A stretch of 64,000 nucleotides of DNA, from assembly GCA_965205265.1 (NCBI GenBank), contig CBDBGH010000003.1:416001-480000 (forward strand), read 5' to 3'. Numbering within the stretch: position 1 is the first letter of the stretch; each line of letters begins with the position of its first letter. The notes under the pieces are model-generated. The model searched no databases. It worked only from the letters and a program-made list of their open reading frames with translations, and was not told the origin of the DNA. This document shows, piece after piece, positions 35,201 to 45,487 of this stretch. This DNA is from Alphaproteobacteria bacterium (GTDB taxonomy: Bacteria; Pseudomonadota; Alphaproteobacteria; Bin95). Made by a program: the position numbers and the translations under genes.

Positions 35201-35892
35201 TTCAGCCGCCGGCGCTCGGAGGCGGCGGCGGCGATAACGGCGGGCGGCGCCTGCTTGTGCTTGCGCGACAACCGCGACAGCGCAATGCAGGCTTCCTCTT
35301 CCTTGCCGAGCGCGGCAAACGCCCGGCCGAGCTTCAACAGATTGTCGGGAGCCTTGGGACCGTCCGGGTCCTTTTCGTAGGCGAGCAGGAATTGCTGCGC
35401 GGCAGCGTCGTGCTTGCCCTGCCCGGCGAAACTGGCCGCAAGCCAGTGCCTGGCGTTGTTGGCCAGTTCATGTGCGGGAAAATCGTTCAGGAAAGCCGTG
35501 AAGACCTGCTCGGCCTCCGGCAGCCGCGCCTGCAGCAGCAGGTTCCGGCCCTGCTTGTACAACTCCAGGGCATCGCCTTGGGGCAGCGCGCCCGGCGGCT
35601 GCGCCCCGGTCTCGCCCGACGCGGCGACCGGCGGGGCAGCCGCGCCGGCATCCGGCGCCGGTGTTTCGGCGGTTTCCGCCGGTCGCTCGGCGGCCGCTTT
35701 CTCCAGCGCCTCTATGCGCAACTCAAGACCGTCGACCTGGCGTCGCAGCCGTTCGACGGTGTTGTTGAGGTCGCGCAGGTCGCGTTCATAGGTCGAGAGC
35801 CGGTTCAGGATCGGGAGCAGCGTCTGGTCGGCTGTCTGCGCCGCTGCCGTCGCGGGCAGGGCGCAGAGCAGCAGGAACGCCAGAACGCGCAT
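35194..35892 (-). CDS. cpoB: Tol-Pal TPR protein CpoB/YbgF
   Basis: Signal peptide, coiled coil, TPR with KAPDNLLKLG. Confidence 0.88.
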   Translation of the reverse strand: MRVLAFLLLCALPATAAAQTADQTLLPILNRLSTYERDLRDLNNTVERLRRQVDGLELRIEALEKAAAERPAETAETPAPDAGAAAPPVAASGETGAQPPGALPQGDALELYKQGRNLLLQARLPEAEQVFTAFLNDFPAHELANNARHWLAASFAGQGKHDAAAQQFLLAYEKDPDGPKAPDNLLKLGRAFAALGKEEEACIALSRLSRKHKQAPPAVIAAAASERRRLKC

Positions 35893-35899
35893 CGCCGGA

Positions 35900-36424
35900 T
35901 CAGTCCAGGATCATCACCGAACGACGGTTCTGGGCCCAGGCTTCCTCGTTCGATTCGACCGCGATGGGCCTTTCCTTGCCGTAACTGACGATCCGCACCC
36001 GGTTGGCGTCGATGCCGGAGGCGAGCAGGTAGCTGCGCACCTCGGCGGCGCGCCGTTCGCCGAGCGCCAGGTTGTATTCCCGCGTGCCGCGCTCGTCCGC
36101 ATGGCCTTCCACGACCACCGAGAGGCCGCTATGCGCGGTAAGCCAGTTCGCCCATGCCGCGACCTGGTCCTGCGCTTCCGTGTTGAGATCGTGCTGGTCA
36201 TAGGCGAAATGCACCCGGTCGCCGATCACCTGCTGCAATTCTTCCGCGGAGCCTGGCGGCGGCGCCAGCGCCCGCGAATCGACCCCCTGGTCCTGCCTGG
36301 CCGCCTGGGCGCCCGCTGTAGCTGCGGCCGTGCCGTCCGCCTTGCCGTCTTCCAACTCCGAGCTCGTCTCGCAGGCGGCGAGGAACACCAGTGCCAGCGC
36401 CGGCGCCAGCAGTTTCATCGACAT
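35900..36424 (-). CDS. pal: Peptidoglycan-associated lipoprotein
   Basis: Lipobox LAAC; GHADERGTREYNLALGERRA. Confidence 0.95.
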   Translation of the reverse strand: MSMKLLAPALALVFLAACETSSELEDGKADGTAAATAGAQAARQDQGVDSRALAPPPGSAEELQQVIGDRVHFAYDQHDLNTEAQDQVAAWANWLTAHSGLSVVVEGHADERGTREYNLALGERRAAEVRSYLLASGIDANRVRIVSYGKERPIAVESNEEAWAQNRRSVMILD

Positions 36425-36509
36425 GCGAATTCTCCTTTGGTCTCGCGACGTGTAAGCCAACCGCGAATCGGCGCCATTGTGCGGCATTCGATACGCGGCA
36501 CAAGGGCAT

Positions 36510-37844
36510 TCACGGGGAAATCGGCGACCAGGCCGGGTCGGATGCGTCCGTCTCCGTCGCGATCCGGCGCGGTGCGCCTCCGATGATGTTGACCTGCCAC
36601 AAGCCGGGCGAATAACCCACGCGGCGGTCCTGCGCTCTGTCCTGCTTGAAATAGGCCAGCACACGCCCGTTCGGCGACCAGGTCGGCCCTTCGGCATGAT
36701 AGGCCGAATCGAGGAGTCTCGCCTCGGTGCCGTCGGGGCGCATGGTGCCGATATGGAACTGACCGCCCAGAATTTGGGTGAAGGCGATCAGGTCGCCGCG
36801 CGGAGACCAGACCGGCGTGGCGAACCGGCCCTTGCCGGTGCTGATCCGCCGCGGGTCGGAGCCGTCGGCGTTCATGACATAGAGTTGCTGGGTGCCGCTC
36901 CGCTTGGACTCGAACACGATCCGGGAGCCGTCCGGGCTGAAGGAGGCTGCCGCGTCGATGCCGGCCGTGTGCGTCAGGCGGGCGAGCGTGCGCGTGCGGA
37001 GGTCCATCGAGAAGATGTCGGAATTGCCTTCTTCCTGGGTCATCGTGACGAGCACGCTGTTGCCGTCCGGGGAGAAGCGCGGCGCGTATTGCATGCCGGG
37101 AAACCGGCCGAGCGCTTCGCGCTGGCCGGAATCGATATTGAGGATGTGGACGCTGGGCGGCTGGTTCGGGCGGTCGTAGGCGAGATAGATGACTTCCTGC
37201 TCGGTCGGCGAGAAGCGCGGCGTCAGCACCAGATTGGCCCCGTCCGTAAGGTAGCGCGCGCGCGCGCCATCCTGGTCCATCAGCACCAGCCGCTTGCGGC
37301 GCTTGTCCGCGGGGCCCGTCTCCGAGACGAAGACGATGCGGCTGTCGAAATATCCCTCCTCGCCCGTGACCCCCTTGTAGATGGCGTCGGCGATCTTGTG
37401 GGCGACCTTGCGCCAGTTCTCCGGCGGCGTGGTGTATGTCCAGCCCACGACCTGCTGCTGAGTGAGCACATCCCAAAGCCGGAACAGGGCGCGCAGGTCG
37501 CCGTTCGGTTGCATGGCGGTTTCGCCGACGACCAGCAGATGGGCGCCGATAACGCGCCAATTGTTGAAATTCGGGCGAAGGTCGGCGTCTTCCGGGCGGG
37601 AGAGGAATGCCTCCTCTGAAATGGCGCGAAAGAGGCCGGACCTCTCCAGGTCGGCGCTGATGACACTGGCGATTTCGTCCCCGAAGCGGGCGGCCTCCCT
37701 GTCCGCGCCGGAGAAGGGCGCAATGGCAACCGGAACGGGGTCCGGCACGCCTTCGGTAATGTCGATGGTCACCTGTGCCGCCGCGGGCAACGCGGCCGCG
37801 AAGAACATGGGGAGCAGGGCAAGGCGGAGAAACGGGAGCAGCAT
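36510..37844 (-). CDS. tolB: TolB
   Basis: PxFSPDG propeller repeats, GYFDSRIVFV. Confidence 0.96.
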   Translation of the reverse strand: MLLPFLRLALLPMFFAAALPAAAQVTIDITEGVPDPVPVAIAPFSGADREAARFGDEIASVISADLERSGLFRAISEEAFLSRPEDADLRPNFNNWRVIGAHLLVVGETAMQPNGDLRALFRLWDVLTQQQVVGWTYTTPPENWRKVAHKIADAIYKGVTGEEGYFDSRIVFVSETGPADKRRKRLVLMDQDGARARYLTDGANLVLTPRFSPTEQEVIYLAYDRPNQPPSVHILNIDSGQREALGRFPGMQYAPRFSPDGNSVLVTMTQEEGNSDIFSMDLRTRTLARLTHTAGIDAAASFSPDGSRIVFESKRSGTQQLYVMNADGSDPRRISTGKGRFATPVWSPRGDLIAFTQILGGQFHIGTMRPDGTEARLLDSAYHAEGPTWSPNGRVLAYFKQDRAQDRRVGYSPGLWQVNIIGGAPRRIATETDASDPAWSPISP

Positions 37845-37862
37845 GGTCGCAGGCCTCCTCGT

Positions 37863-38816
37863 CTATTGCATTCGGTGCGGGTCGAACCGCAGGGTCAGCG
37901 ACTTCCAGAGCGCCATCTTGCCCGAAGGCACATCGAGTTGCTCGCAGAACGGATGGCCGAGCGCGCGTCTCGCGCGCTCCTGCGCGGCGCGGTAGCTGCG
38001 GCTGCTCTGGCCGTCCACCGTCTTGACCGAGGTGACGCGCCGGTCCGGGCCGAGTTCGATCTGGAGCACGACGACATGGCGTTCGGAGGGCGCGAGGCCG
38101 GGGATCGTCTGCCAGCAGCGGGAAAGCTGCCGGAACAGCCGGTGCTTCTCGGAAACGGTGAACACGGCTTCCTCGGACTCTTCGGCGGGAACCGGGGTTC
38201 TGTTCGCGAGCGCGCTTTTGAGCTTGTCGAGGTCGTTCCCGCTCGCAGCCTTGCGTAATGCTGCCAGTTCGTCGGGCGGGTCCTTGGGCGCGATCTGCGG
38301 CAGCGGCGGAGGCTCGGGCGCGGGTTCCGGAGGTTTGGGCGGCGCCTTGGCCCGCGCCTGTTGCTGCGGCGGGCGCTGCGGCAGGGGCGGCGGCTTCGGG
38401 TCGGACGCCGGCGGCTCAGGCTCGGGCTCCGGCGGGCTCGGGGGCAGCGGGGCGGCTACCGGTTCGGGCTCGGGCGGCGGCGGTTCCGGCTTCGGCGGTT
38501 CGGGAGCAAGCGCAGCCACCTCCACCGGCTCTTCCGGTTTCGGCGGGTCCGCCGGCGGTGTCTCGACGGGCGGCGTCTCGACAGGCGAGGGCTCGGCTGC
38601 AACCGGTTCGGGCTCCGGCGGCGCTTCCGGCGGCAAGGGCTCCGGCGGCGGCAGAGGCGCTTTCGCTTCCGTGCGTTCGCTCACCATAGTGACCGTGACG
38701 GGGACCGCCGTCTCGAACGGGTCCGGCGGATCGTGCAGCGCCGGCAGGCCCACCGCGGCCAGCACAAGCAGGCCGATATGGGCGAGCGCCGAGAGAAGCA
38801 GGCTCGAATGGCTCAC
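37863..38816 (-). CDS. tolA: TolA-like proline-rich protein
   Basis: N-terminal TM with SxxxH, Pro-rich linker, C-terminal domain; synteny. Confidence 0.8.
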   Translation of the reverse strand: MSHSSLLLSALAHIGLLVLAAVGLPALHDPPDPFETAVPVTVTMVSERTEAKAPLPPPEPLPPEAPPEPEPVAAEPSPVETPPVETPPADPPKPEEPVEVAALAPEPPKPEPPPPEPEPVAAPLPPSPPEPEPEPPASDPKPPPLPQRPPQQQARAKAPPKPPEPAPEPPPLPQIAPKDPPDELAALRKAASGNDLDKLKSALANRTPVPAEESEEAVFTVSEKHRLFRQLSRCWQTIPGLAPSERHVVVLQIELGPDRRVTSVKTVDGQSSRSYRAAQERARRALGHPFCEQLDVPSGKMALWKSLTLRFDPHRMQ

Positions 38817-39253
38817 GGCGAAGATCCCGCGCGCGGCACTTCCGCCATCAGCGACACCTTGTCGAAGCCAGCCGCCGCAAGCGCGCCCATGACCTCCATC
38901 ACCCGCCCGTAGTCGATGGCGCGGTCGCCGCGGACATAGACGAACGTGTCCTCCCGCGCGCCCATGATCGCGCGCAGCTTCGCCGCGAGCCCGTCCAGAC
39001 CCACTTCGGTTTCCTGGATATAGACCTTGCCCTCGGCATCGACGCTGACCACCAGCGGCTCGTCGCGGTCGGTCAGCTGCGCCGCTTCGGTCTCCGGCAG
39101 GTCCACCGGCACGCCGACGGTGAGCAGCGGGGCGGTTATCATGAACACCACCAGCAGCACCAGCATGACATCGACGAGCGGCGTCACGTTGATCTCGCTC
39201 ATCGGGCGGTATCTGCGCCCGCTCCGGCCCGGTCCTCCCAGCCAGGCCGCCAT
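38813..39253 (-). CDS. tolR: TolR
   Basis: SEINVTPLVDVMLVLL motif. Confidence 0.95.
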   Translation of the reverse strand: MAAWLGGPGRSGRRYRPMSEINVTPLVDVMLVLLVVFMITAPLLTVGVPVDLPETEAAQLTDRDEPLVVSVDAEGKVYIQETEVGLDGLAAKLRAIMGAREDTFVYVRGDRAIDYGRVMEVMGALAAAGFDKVSLMAEVPRAGSSP

Positions 39254-39254
39254 C

Positions 39255-39986
39255 TCACCCGGCCTCCGAAAGCTCGCGCGAGGTGACGGTGACGACGTCG
39301 GCCACCAGCCCGTCGAGCCGCGCGCCATAGCGCGCGATGTCGTTGGAGAACTTGTTGTAGGCGACGACCGCCGGAATTGCGGCGACCAGCCCGAGCGCGG
39401 TGGCGAACAGCGCTTCGGCGATACCCGGCGCCACGACGGCGAGGTTGGTCTGCTTGGACGCCGCGATCGCGGCGAAGCTGTTCATGATGCCCCAGACCGT
39501 GCCGAAGAGGCCGATGAACGGCGAGACCGAGCCGACCGAAGCGAGGAACATCATGTGCCGCTCGATTCGGTCCATCCAGCGGCCGGCCTCGACCGTCATC
39601 ACCCGTTCGACCCGCACCTGCAAGGCATCGCGGGCGGCCGCGTCCCTGAGCGTCCCGCTGCCGAGCGAGCCCTGGAGTTCCAGCATCGCTTCGCCGAACA
39701 CGCAGCTCATCGGGTCGCGTTCCTGGTGGCTGGTCTGGGCATGCAGGTCCTCGAGGGAGGCGACCGACCAGAACAGCTCCTCGAACCTGCCGGCGTCGCG
39801 GTTGAGGCGGCGCATCCGGCGCCATTTGTCGAAAATGATCGCCCAGGACATGACGGAGGCGACCAGCAGCACGAGCATCACCGCCTTGACGACAAGATCG
39901 GCCTGCAGAAACAGGCTGAACGGAGACAGGGTGTCAGTCGCCGCAAGCGAACCCGTGACCAGACCTTGCACCAGTGAATCGTCCAT
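39255..39986 (-). CDS. tolQ: TolQ
   Basis: SPFIGLFGTVWGIM and APGIAEAL motifs. Confidence 0.96.
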   Translation of the reverse strand: MDDSLVQGLVTGSLAATDTLSPFSLFLQADLVVKAVMLVLLVASVMSWAIIFDKWRRMRRLNRDAGRFEELFWSVASLEDLHAQTSHQERDPMSCVFGEAMLELQGSLGSGTLRDAAARDALQVRVERVMTVEAGRWMDRIERHMMFLASVGSVSPFIGLFGTVWGIMNSFAAIAASKQTNLAVVAPGIAEALFATALGLVAAIPAVVAYNKFSNDIARYGARLDGLVADVVTVTSRELSEAG

Positions 39987-39993
39987 GGACTGT

Positions 39994-40431
39994 CTAACCT
40001 TCCCCCACGATGTCGCCCTGCAATTGGGCAAAATCATGGCGCAACGGCGCCGGGAGCCGCCTGGGGCGACCGTTTTCGCCAAGTCTGGCGATGCGGATGC
40101 GAATCGTCACCAGCAGCTCGCCGGCCCGCCATATACTCTGCGCCAGCGACAATGTCGCGCTGCTGGCGTCCGTCGCCCGCGTGCGCACTTCCAGCGCATC
40201 GTCGAGTCTGGCGGGCCGGTGGTAGCGGATCGTGCAATCGACCACGGCGAACGCGACGGAGCGATTGCTGTAGCCCAGTTCCCGGAGCAGCTCGGTGCGC
40301 GCGCGCTCGGCGAAGCGCAGATAGGCGGCATGATAGACGATGCCGCCCGCGTCGGTGTCCTCGTAATAGATCCGGACCGGGAAGACATGGTCCTCCCGGC
40401 AGGGCCGCCCGTCCTCGGGGTCATGCTCCAT
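39994..40431 (-). CDS. ybgC: YbgC acyl-CoA thioesterase
   Basis: [14 protein letters not shown] motif. Confidence 0.92.
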   Translation of the reverse strand: MEHDPEDGRPCREDHVFPVRIYYEDTDAGGIVYHAAYLRFAERARTELLRELGYSNRSVAFAVVDCTIRYHRPARLDDALEVRTRATDASSATLSLAQSIWRAGELLVTIRIRIARLGENGRPRRLPAPLRHDFAQLQGDIVGEG

Positions 40432-41443
40432 CGAACAGGTCCGCCGCGCTCCGGGGCGGCGCGAGGCCGAGACACTCCCAGCCCTGGCGCGAGAGCATGC
40501 GCCCGCGCGGCGTGCGCAGCACCAGCGCCTCCCGGATGAGATAGGGCTCCACCACCTCCTCCAGCACGTCGCGCTGCTCGGCGAGCGTGGCGGCAAGGGC
40601 TTCGGCGCCGGCCGGGCCGCCGCCATAGGCGTCTGCAAGGCAGCGCATATAGCGCCGGTCCATCGCGTCGAGGCCGAGCCGGTCCACCTCAAGCTGCACG
40701 AGCGCGGCGTCCGCCGCCACGTCGTCGATCTCGCCGCGGCCGGCAACGGCGGCGAAGTCGTGGACCCGGCGGAGAAGACGCCCGGCGATCCGCGGCGTGC
40801 CGCGCGCCCGCCGCGCGATCTCCAGCGCGCCGGCCTCGCTTGCCGGAATCCCGAGCAGCCCGGCGGCGCGCGCCACGATCCGCGCCAGTTCCTCCGGCTC
40901 GTAGAATTCGAGCCGCAGCGGAATTCCGAAGCGTTCGCGCAGCGGCGTCGTCAGCAGGCCGGCGCGCGTCGTGGCGCCGACCAGGGTGAAGGGCGGCAGG
41001 TCGATGCGCACCGAGCGCGCGGCCGGTCCTTCGCCGATCATCAGGTCGAGCTGGCAGTCCTCCAGCGCCGGATAGAGGATTTCCTCGACCGCCGGGTTCA
41101 GGCGGTGGATTTCGTCGATGAACAGCACGTCGCGCGGCTGGAGGTTGGTGAGCAGGGCCGCGAGGTCGCCGGCGCGCAGGATGACCGGGCCGGAAGTCGC
41201 CCGGAAGCCGACGCCCAGTTCGCGGGCGACGATCTGCGCCAGCGTCGTCTTGCCGAGGCCCGGAGGCCCGACGAACAGCACATGGTCCAGCGCCTCGCCG
41301 CGCGCTCTGGCCGCGTCGATGAAGACCTTCAGGTTCCGCCTGAGGCGTTCCTGGCCGACGAATTCGTCCAGCGTTTCCGGGCGGAGCGCGGCGTCGCGGT
41401 CTCCGGGCCGGCGTTCCGGCATGACGCTGCGGTCCTCCGTCAC
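40421..41443 (-). CDS. ruvB: Holliday junction helicase RuvB
   Basis: [20 protein letters not shown] motifs. Confidence 0.97.
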   Translation of the reverse strand: MTEDRSVMPERRPGDRDAALRPETLDEFVGQERLRRNLKVFIDAARARGEALDHVLFVGPPGLGKTTLAQIVARELGVGFRATSGPVILRAGDLAALLTNLQPRDVLFIDEIHRLNPAVEEILYPALEDCQLDLMIGEGPAARSVRIDLPPFTLVGATTRAGLLTTPLRERFGIPLRLEFYEPEELARIVARAAGLLGIPASEAGALEIARRARGTPRIAGRLLRRVHDFAAVAGRGEIDDVAADAALVQLEVDRLGLDAMDRRYMRCLADAYGGGPAGAEALAATLAEQRDVLEEVVEPYLIREALVLRTPRGRMLSRQGWECLGLAPPRSAADLFDGA

Positions 41444-42033
41444 CCGGCAAGCTCCCGAAGGCTCGCCCGGACCAGGTCGTCGAAGGCGGCGTCCTCGCCG
41501 AGGCTGCGCCTGGCCGCCGCCGCCGCCGTGAGAGCCTCGGAGCGCCCGTAGCCGAGATTGACCAGCGCCGAAAGCAGTTCGTCCCCGCCGCCGGCCCCCG
41601 CGGCGCCGGGTATGGACGAGAGCGGCGCGGCCGGCGTCTCGGCCTTGCCCTTCAGTTCGTTGACGATGCGCGCCGCGAGCCTCGGGCCGACGCCCTCGGC
41701 GCGGGTAAGCGCCTTGCGGTCATCGGCCAGCAGGGCGGTCGCCAGTTCGTCGGGCGTGAGCGCGGACAGCAGGGCGAGCGCTACGCGCCCGCCGACCCCC
41801 TGCACGCCCGTCAGGTGGCGGAACCAGTCCCGCTCGGCGGCGTCGGCGAAGCCGTAAAGCGCGATCGAGTCCTCGCGGACCCGCGTTTCCACCAGGAGGG
41901 TGGCCTCGCGGCCGTTCTCCAGCCGCCCGGCGGTGCGGCTGGAGGCCTGGACCAGATAGCCGACGCCGGCGACATCCACGATCAGCGCCTCGCCGTCGCC
42001 GAGATCGACCCTGCCGGTCAGCCGCCCGATCAT
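41440..42033 (-). CDS. ruvA: RuvA
   Basis: MIGRLTG..DVAGVGY, VQGVG, ALVNLGY. Confidence 0.95.
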   Translation of the reverse strand: MIGRLTGRVDLGDGEALIVDVAGVGYLVQASSRTAGRLENGREATLLVETRVREDSIALYGFADAAERDWFRHLTGVQGVGGRVALALLSALTPDELATALLADDRKALTRAEGVGPRLAARIVNELKGKAETPAAPLSSIPGAAGAGGGDELLSALVNLGYGRSEALTAAAAARRSLGEDAAFDDLVRASLRELAG

Positions 42034-42527
42034 CCGGCCGCCGCCGCGAAAGGCATGCCATGCGCGTGCGCGACCGCGACCGCCAGCGCATCGGCGGCGT
42101 CGGGGCCCGCCGGATTGCAGCCGGGCAGCAGGATGCCGATCATGTATTGCACCTGCGCCTTGTCCGCCCCGCCGGCGCCGACCAGCGCCTTCTTCACGCT
42201 CCTCGGGGCATATTCCGTCACCGGCAGCCCCGCATTGGCGGAGGCCACCAGCGCCGCGCCGCGCGCCATGCCGAGCTTCAGGGCCGCGCCCGGGCTGCGG
42301 TGGACGAACACCTCTTCCACCGCCGCCATGTCCGGCCCGTATTGCCGGATCACCTGCGTGACGCCGGCGAAGAGTTCGGCCAGCCGGTCCGCCGTCCGGG
42401 CCTTCGGGTCCGGCTTGAGTTCGCCGTTGGCGACATGGACGACCCGGCTGCCATGCGCATCGACGATCCCCCAGCCCGTAATCCGCAAGCCGGGGTCGAA
42501 CCCGATGACGCGGACGCCGCGGGTCAT
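42030..42527 (-). CDS. ruvC: RuvC resolvase
   Basis: [19 protein letters not shown]. Confidence 0.95.
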   Translation of the reverse strand: MTRGVRVIGFDPGLRITGWGIVDAHGSRVVHVANGELKPDPKARTADRLAELFAGVTQVIRQYGPDMAAVEEVFVHRSPGAALKLGMARGAALVASANAGLPVTEYAPRSVKKALVGAGGADKAQVQYMIGILLPGCNPAGPDAADALAVAVAHAHGMPFAAAAG

Positions 42528-43273
42528 CCGGCGAGCCTGGCGAGCACCTCGTCCGACACGTCGTAATTGGCCGAGACGTTCTGCACGTCGTCATGGTCGT
42601 CGAGCGCTTCGAGCAGCTTGAAGAGCACGGCCGCCGGTTCCTCCCCGACGGGCACGAGGGTCTGCGGCTTCCAGATGAGCCGCGCGGCCTGCGGCTCGCC
42701 GATGGACCGTTCCAGCGCTTCGCGCACCGCATGCAGGTCTTCCGGCGCGGTCAGCACGTCGTGGCCTTCGTCGTCGGAATCCATGTCGTCGGCGCCGGCC
42801 TCCAGCGCCGCCTCGAAAATCTCGTCGCTGCCGGCGGCGTCCCGGGAGAAACGGACCAGTCCCGCCCGGTCGAACAGGAAGCTCACCGAGCCGGTCTCGC
42901 CGAGCGAGCCGCCGTTCTTGGAGAAGGCGGCGCGGACATCGGCCGCCGTGCGGTTGCGGTTGTCGGTCAGCGCCTCGACGATCACCGCGACGCCGGCCGG
43001 CCCGTATCCCTCGTAGCGCACCTCCTCATAGACGGCGCCGTCGCCGTCGCCGGCGCCGCGCTTCATCGCGCGCTCGATGCGGTCGCGGGGCATGTTGGCG
43101 CCGCGGGCGGCCTGGATGGCGGAGCGCAGGCGGGGGTTCGATTCGGGGTCGGGGGAGCCCAGCTTCGCCGCCACCTCGATCTCGCGCCCGATCTTGGTGA
43201 ACAGGCGCGCGCGCTTCGCGTCCTGCGCGCCCTTGCGGTACATGATGTTCTTGAATTGCGAATGTCCGGCCAT
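42524..43273 (-). CDS. yebC: YebC/PmpR family regulator
   Basis: [23 protein letters not shown]. Confidence 0.96.
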   Translation of the reverse strand: MAGHSQFKNIMYRKGAQDAKRARLFTKIGREIEVAAKLGSPDPESNPRLRSAIQAARGANMPRDRIERAMKRGAGDGDGAVYEEVRYEGYGPAGVAVIVEALTDNRNRTAADVRAAFSKNGGSLGETGSVSFLFDRAGLVRFSRDAAGSDEIFEAALEAGADDMDSDDEGHDVLTAPEDLHAVREALERSIGEPQAARLIWKPQTLVPVGEEPAAVLFKLLEALDDHDDVQNVSANYDVSDEVLARLAG

Positions 43274-43315
43274 CGGCCTGCCGCCCTCTTGCCGCCGCGG
43301 AATCGGGACCCGTGG

Positions 43316-44137
43316 CTATATAACGCAGGCGGGCAGGGTCTGCGAGAGCCGGCCCCCGACCCGCACCGGCTCGGCGCTGAGCGCAAGCCCCGTCCGGTCG
43401 TCGGTTTCGACGAAGAGGCCGCATACCGTCGCCGGGCCGGCCGCGGGCTCCGGCCGTCCGCCCGACATCTTGCGCACGAAGCGGCGCATCGGCTCCTCCT
43501 TGTCCATGCCGATGACCGAGTCGTAGTCGCCGCACATGCCGGCGTCGGTCTGGTAGGCGGTGCCCTTGGGCAGCACCGTCGCGTCGGCGGTCGGGACATG
43601 GGTGTGGGTGCCGACCACGACCGACACCTCGCCGTCGAAGAAATGCCCGAAAGCCATCTTCTCCGCGCTCGCCTCGCCGTGGAAGTCGATCAGGACCGCG
43701 TGCGCCCCCCCGCCCAGCGGGTAGCGCCTGAGCGCGCGAAGCACCGTGGCGAAGGGGTCGTCCAGCGCGTCCATGAACAGCCGCGCCATCGCGTTGACGA
43801 CGACGGCCCGTCTCCCGTCGCCCAGCACGACCTCGGCGAGCCCCCGCCCCGGCGTGCCGGGCGGATAGTTGATCGGCCGCAGCAGCCTCGGTTCGCCCTC
43901 CATATAGGGGATGACCTCCTTGCGGTCCCAGACATGGTTGCCGGAGGTCACGACATCGGCGCCGGCCTTGAACAGGCCTTCCACCATGTCCGGCATCATG
44001 CCGATGCCGTGGGCCATGTTCTCGCCATTGACGACGGCGAGGTCCACGGCGAGCCGCCGCCGCAGCTCCGGCAACTCCTTCGCCACCGCATCGCGGCCCG
44101 AACGGGCCACCACATCGCCGAGAAAGAGGATTCGCAC
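43316..44137 (-). CDS. YmdB-family metallophosphoesterase
   Basis: FLGDVV, GNHVWD, DFHGEA, GTHTH motifs. Confidence 0.92.
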   Translation of the reverse strand: MRILFLGDVVARSGRDAVAKELPELRRRLAVDLAVVNGENMAHGIGMMPDMVEGLFKAGADVVTSGNHVWDRKEVIPYMEGEPRLLRPINYPPGTPGRGLAEVVLGDGRRAVVVNAMARLFMDALDDPFATVLRALRRYPLGGGAHAVLIDFHGEASAEKMAFGHFFDGEVSVVVGTHTHVPTADATVLPKGTAYQTDAGMCGDYDSVIGMDKEEPMRRFVRKMSGGRPEPAAGPATVCGLFVETDDRTGLALSAEPVRVGGRLSQTLPACVI

Positions 44138-44138
44138 G

Positions 44139-44681
44139 TCACGCTCTCCGCTGGAAAAATCCGAGGCCGGTCTCCGTCAGGACGCCGGCGAGCGGCCGGT
44201 CGTCCGGTCCGACGGGCACGGCCGCCACCTCCTGTGCCGCATGGGCCGCGCCGATGGCAAGGGCGCCCGTCGCCGCAATCGTCCGGTCGTAATAGCCGCC
44301 GCCGTAACCGAGGCGGTTGCCGCGGGCGTCGAAGGCGAGCAGCGGCACCAGCAGCACATCCGGCTCCGCCGCCAGCCCCGTCGGCTCTAGGATTCCGAAG
44401 GGGCCCGGAACCATTCTGTCCCCCGGCCGCCAGAGCCGGAATTCCAGCACCGTGCCGCGCGGCCCGGTCACCGGCAGCGCCACCGGCCGGCCGAGCGCCT
44501 GTAGCAGCGGACGGGGATCGATTTCCCCCCGGACCGGCCAGTAGCCCGCGATGCACCGCCCTTCGAGCGGCGCGTCCGGGCAGAGCGCGGCCGGCGCGAA
44601 GCCCGCCCGGCGCCGCAGCATTTCGCGGCGCATGGCCGCCTTGGCGGAGGCAAGCGAAGCCGCCCTGGCCGTCGGTCTCAA
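44139..44681 (-). CDS. ygfA: 5-formyltetrahydrofolate cyclo-ligase
   Basis: VPLLAFD..GNRLGYGGGYYDR motif; start uncertain. Confidence 0.92.
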   Translation of the reverse strand: MRPTARAASLASAKAAMRREMLRRRAGFAPAALCPDAPLEGRCIAGYWPVRGEIDPRPLLQALGRPVALPVTGPRGTVLEFRLWRPGDRMVPGPFGILEPTGLAAEPDVLLVPLLAFDARGNRLGYGGGYYDRTIAATGALAIGAAHAAQEVAAVPVGPDDRPLAGVLTETGLGFFQRRA

Positions 44682-44814
44682 GCCAATCCTCCGGGACCCT
44701 CGCCATCGAGGTGGGCGTCGTGTGCCGAAGCCGGGACTCCGGCAGGGACAACTCCCTGGAGTTTCGGTAACGGCCCCGGGATTTCGTTAGCCAAACGCAC
44801 CGGGCAGCTTCGCG
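44653..44814 (-). ncRNA. ssrS: 6S RNA
   Basis: Conserved position between zapA and ygfA; GCGAAGCTGCCC/GGGCGGCTTCGC closing stem; ends approximate. Confidence 0.8.
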
Positions 44815-44820
44815 GCGACT

Positions 44821-45129
44821 CTATTCGGGCGCGAATCTGGACGCAACCGACTCGACCTTGTCGGCCAGATATTCGAGCGCCACGGCCAGTTCCTCCAGGT
44901 CCGGCGCTTCCTCCTGCTTCCGCGCCGCCTGCTCCCGGATGAGGTCGTCGGCGAGCATCACGCTCGCCATGACGACGAGGTTGAGGTCGTTCACCCGGCC
45001 CATCTGGCCTGCAAGCTCGCCGACCCCCGCGTCGAGCAGCGCGCCCGCCGCCCGGATGCGCTCCTCCTGCCCGTCGTCGCAGGAGAGGCTGTACTGCTTG
45101 CCGTTGATCGTGATCGCGACCTGGGCCAA
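44821..45129 (-). CDS. zapA: Cell division protein ZapA
   Basis: VAITINGKQYSLSCDDGQE motif. Confidence 0.9.
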   Translation of the reverse strand: MAQVAITINGKQYSLSCDDGQEERIRAAGALLDAGVGELAGQMGRVNDLNLVVMASVMLADDLIREQAARKQEEAPDLEELAVALEYLADKVESVASRFAPE

Positions 45130-45134
45130 GGGCG

Positions 45135-45341
45135 TTACTCCCCGCTTTCGACCGCCGCATCGAGGCGGGCTATGGCGGTGTCGAGGCGCGCGGCAACCTG
45201 GCCGTGCAGGGCGCGGAGCGCGGCGATCTCGGTTTCGGCTTCCGGATTTCCCACCGGGGCCGAATCGAGCCGCTCCAGAGCGGCGTCGATGCGCGAAAGC
45301 GCCGCTTCGATGCGCGAAATAACGTCTTCGTTTCCGGTCAT
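45135..45341 (-). CDS. Short coiled-coil protein upstream of zapA (ZauP-like)
   Basis: Coiled-coil pattern and position. Confidence 0.6.
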   Translation of the reverse strand: MTGNEDVISRIEAALSRIDAALERLDSAPVGNPEAETEIAALRALHGQVAARLDTAIARLDAAVESGE

Positions 45342-45487
45342 GCGGTTTCCGGCCCCGTTACGGCCCTTATTTGACAGCCCGCATTGAGCAGCGTCAACAA
45401 ACCGCTGTCCGGCCGTGTTGACGGCGGCGGTCCGGGGCGGGCATTTTGCCGGCCCCGATGCTTCCAATTCCGGACCGCCCTGTTCCC

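Noticed and set aside
38300-38660. Low-complexity repeats
   Set aside because: Encode the normal Pro/Glu-rich TolA linker
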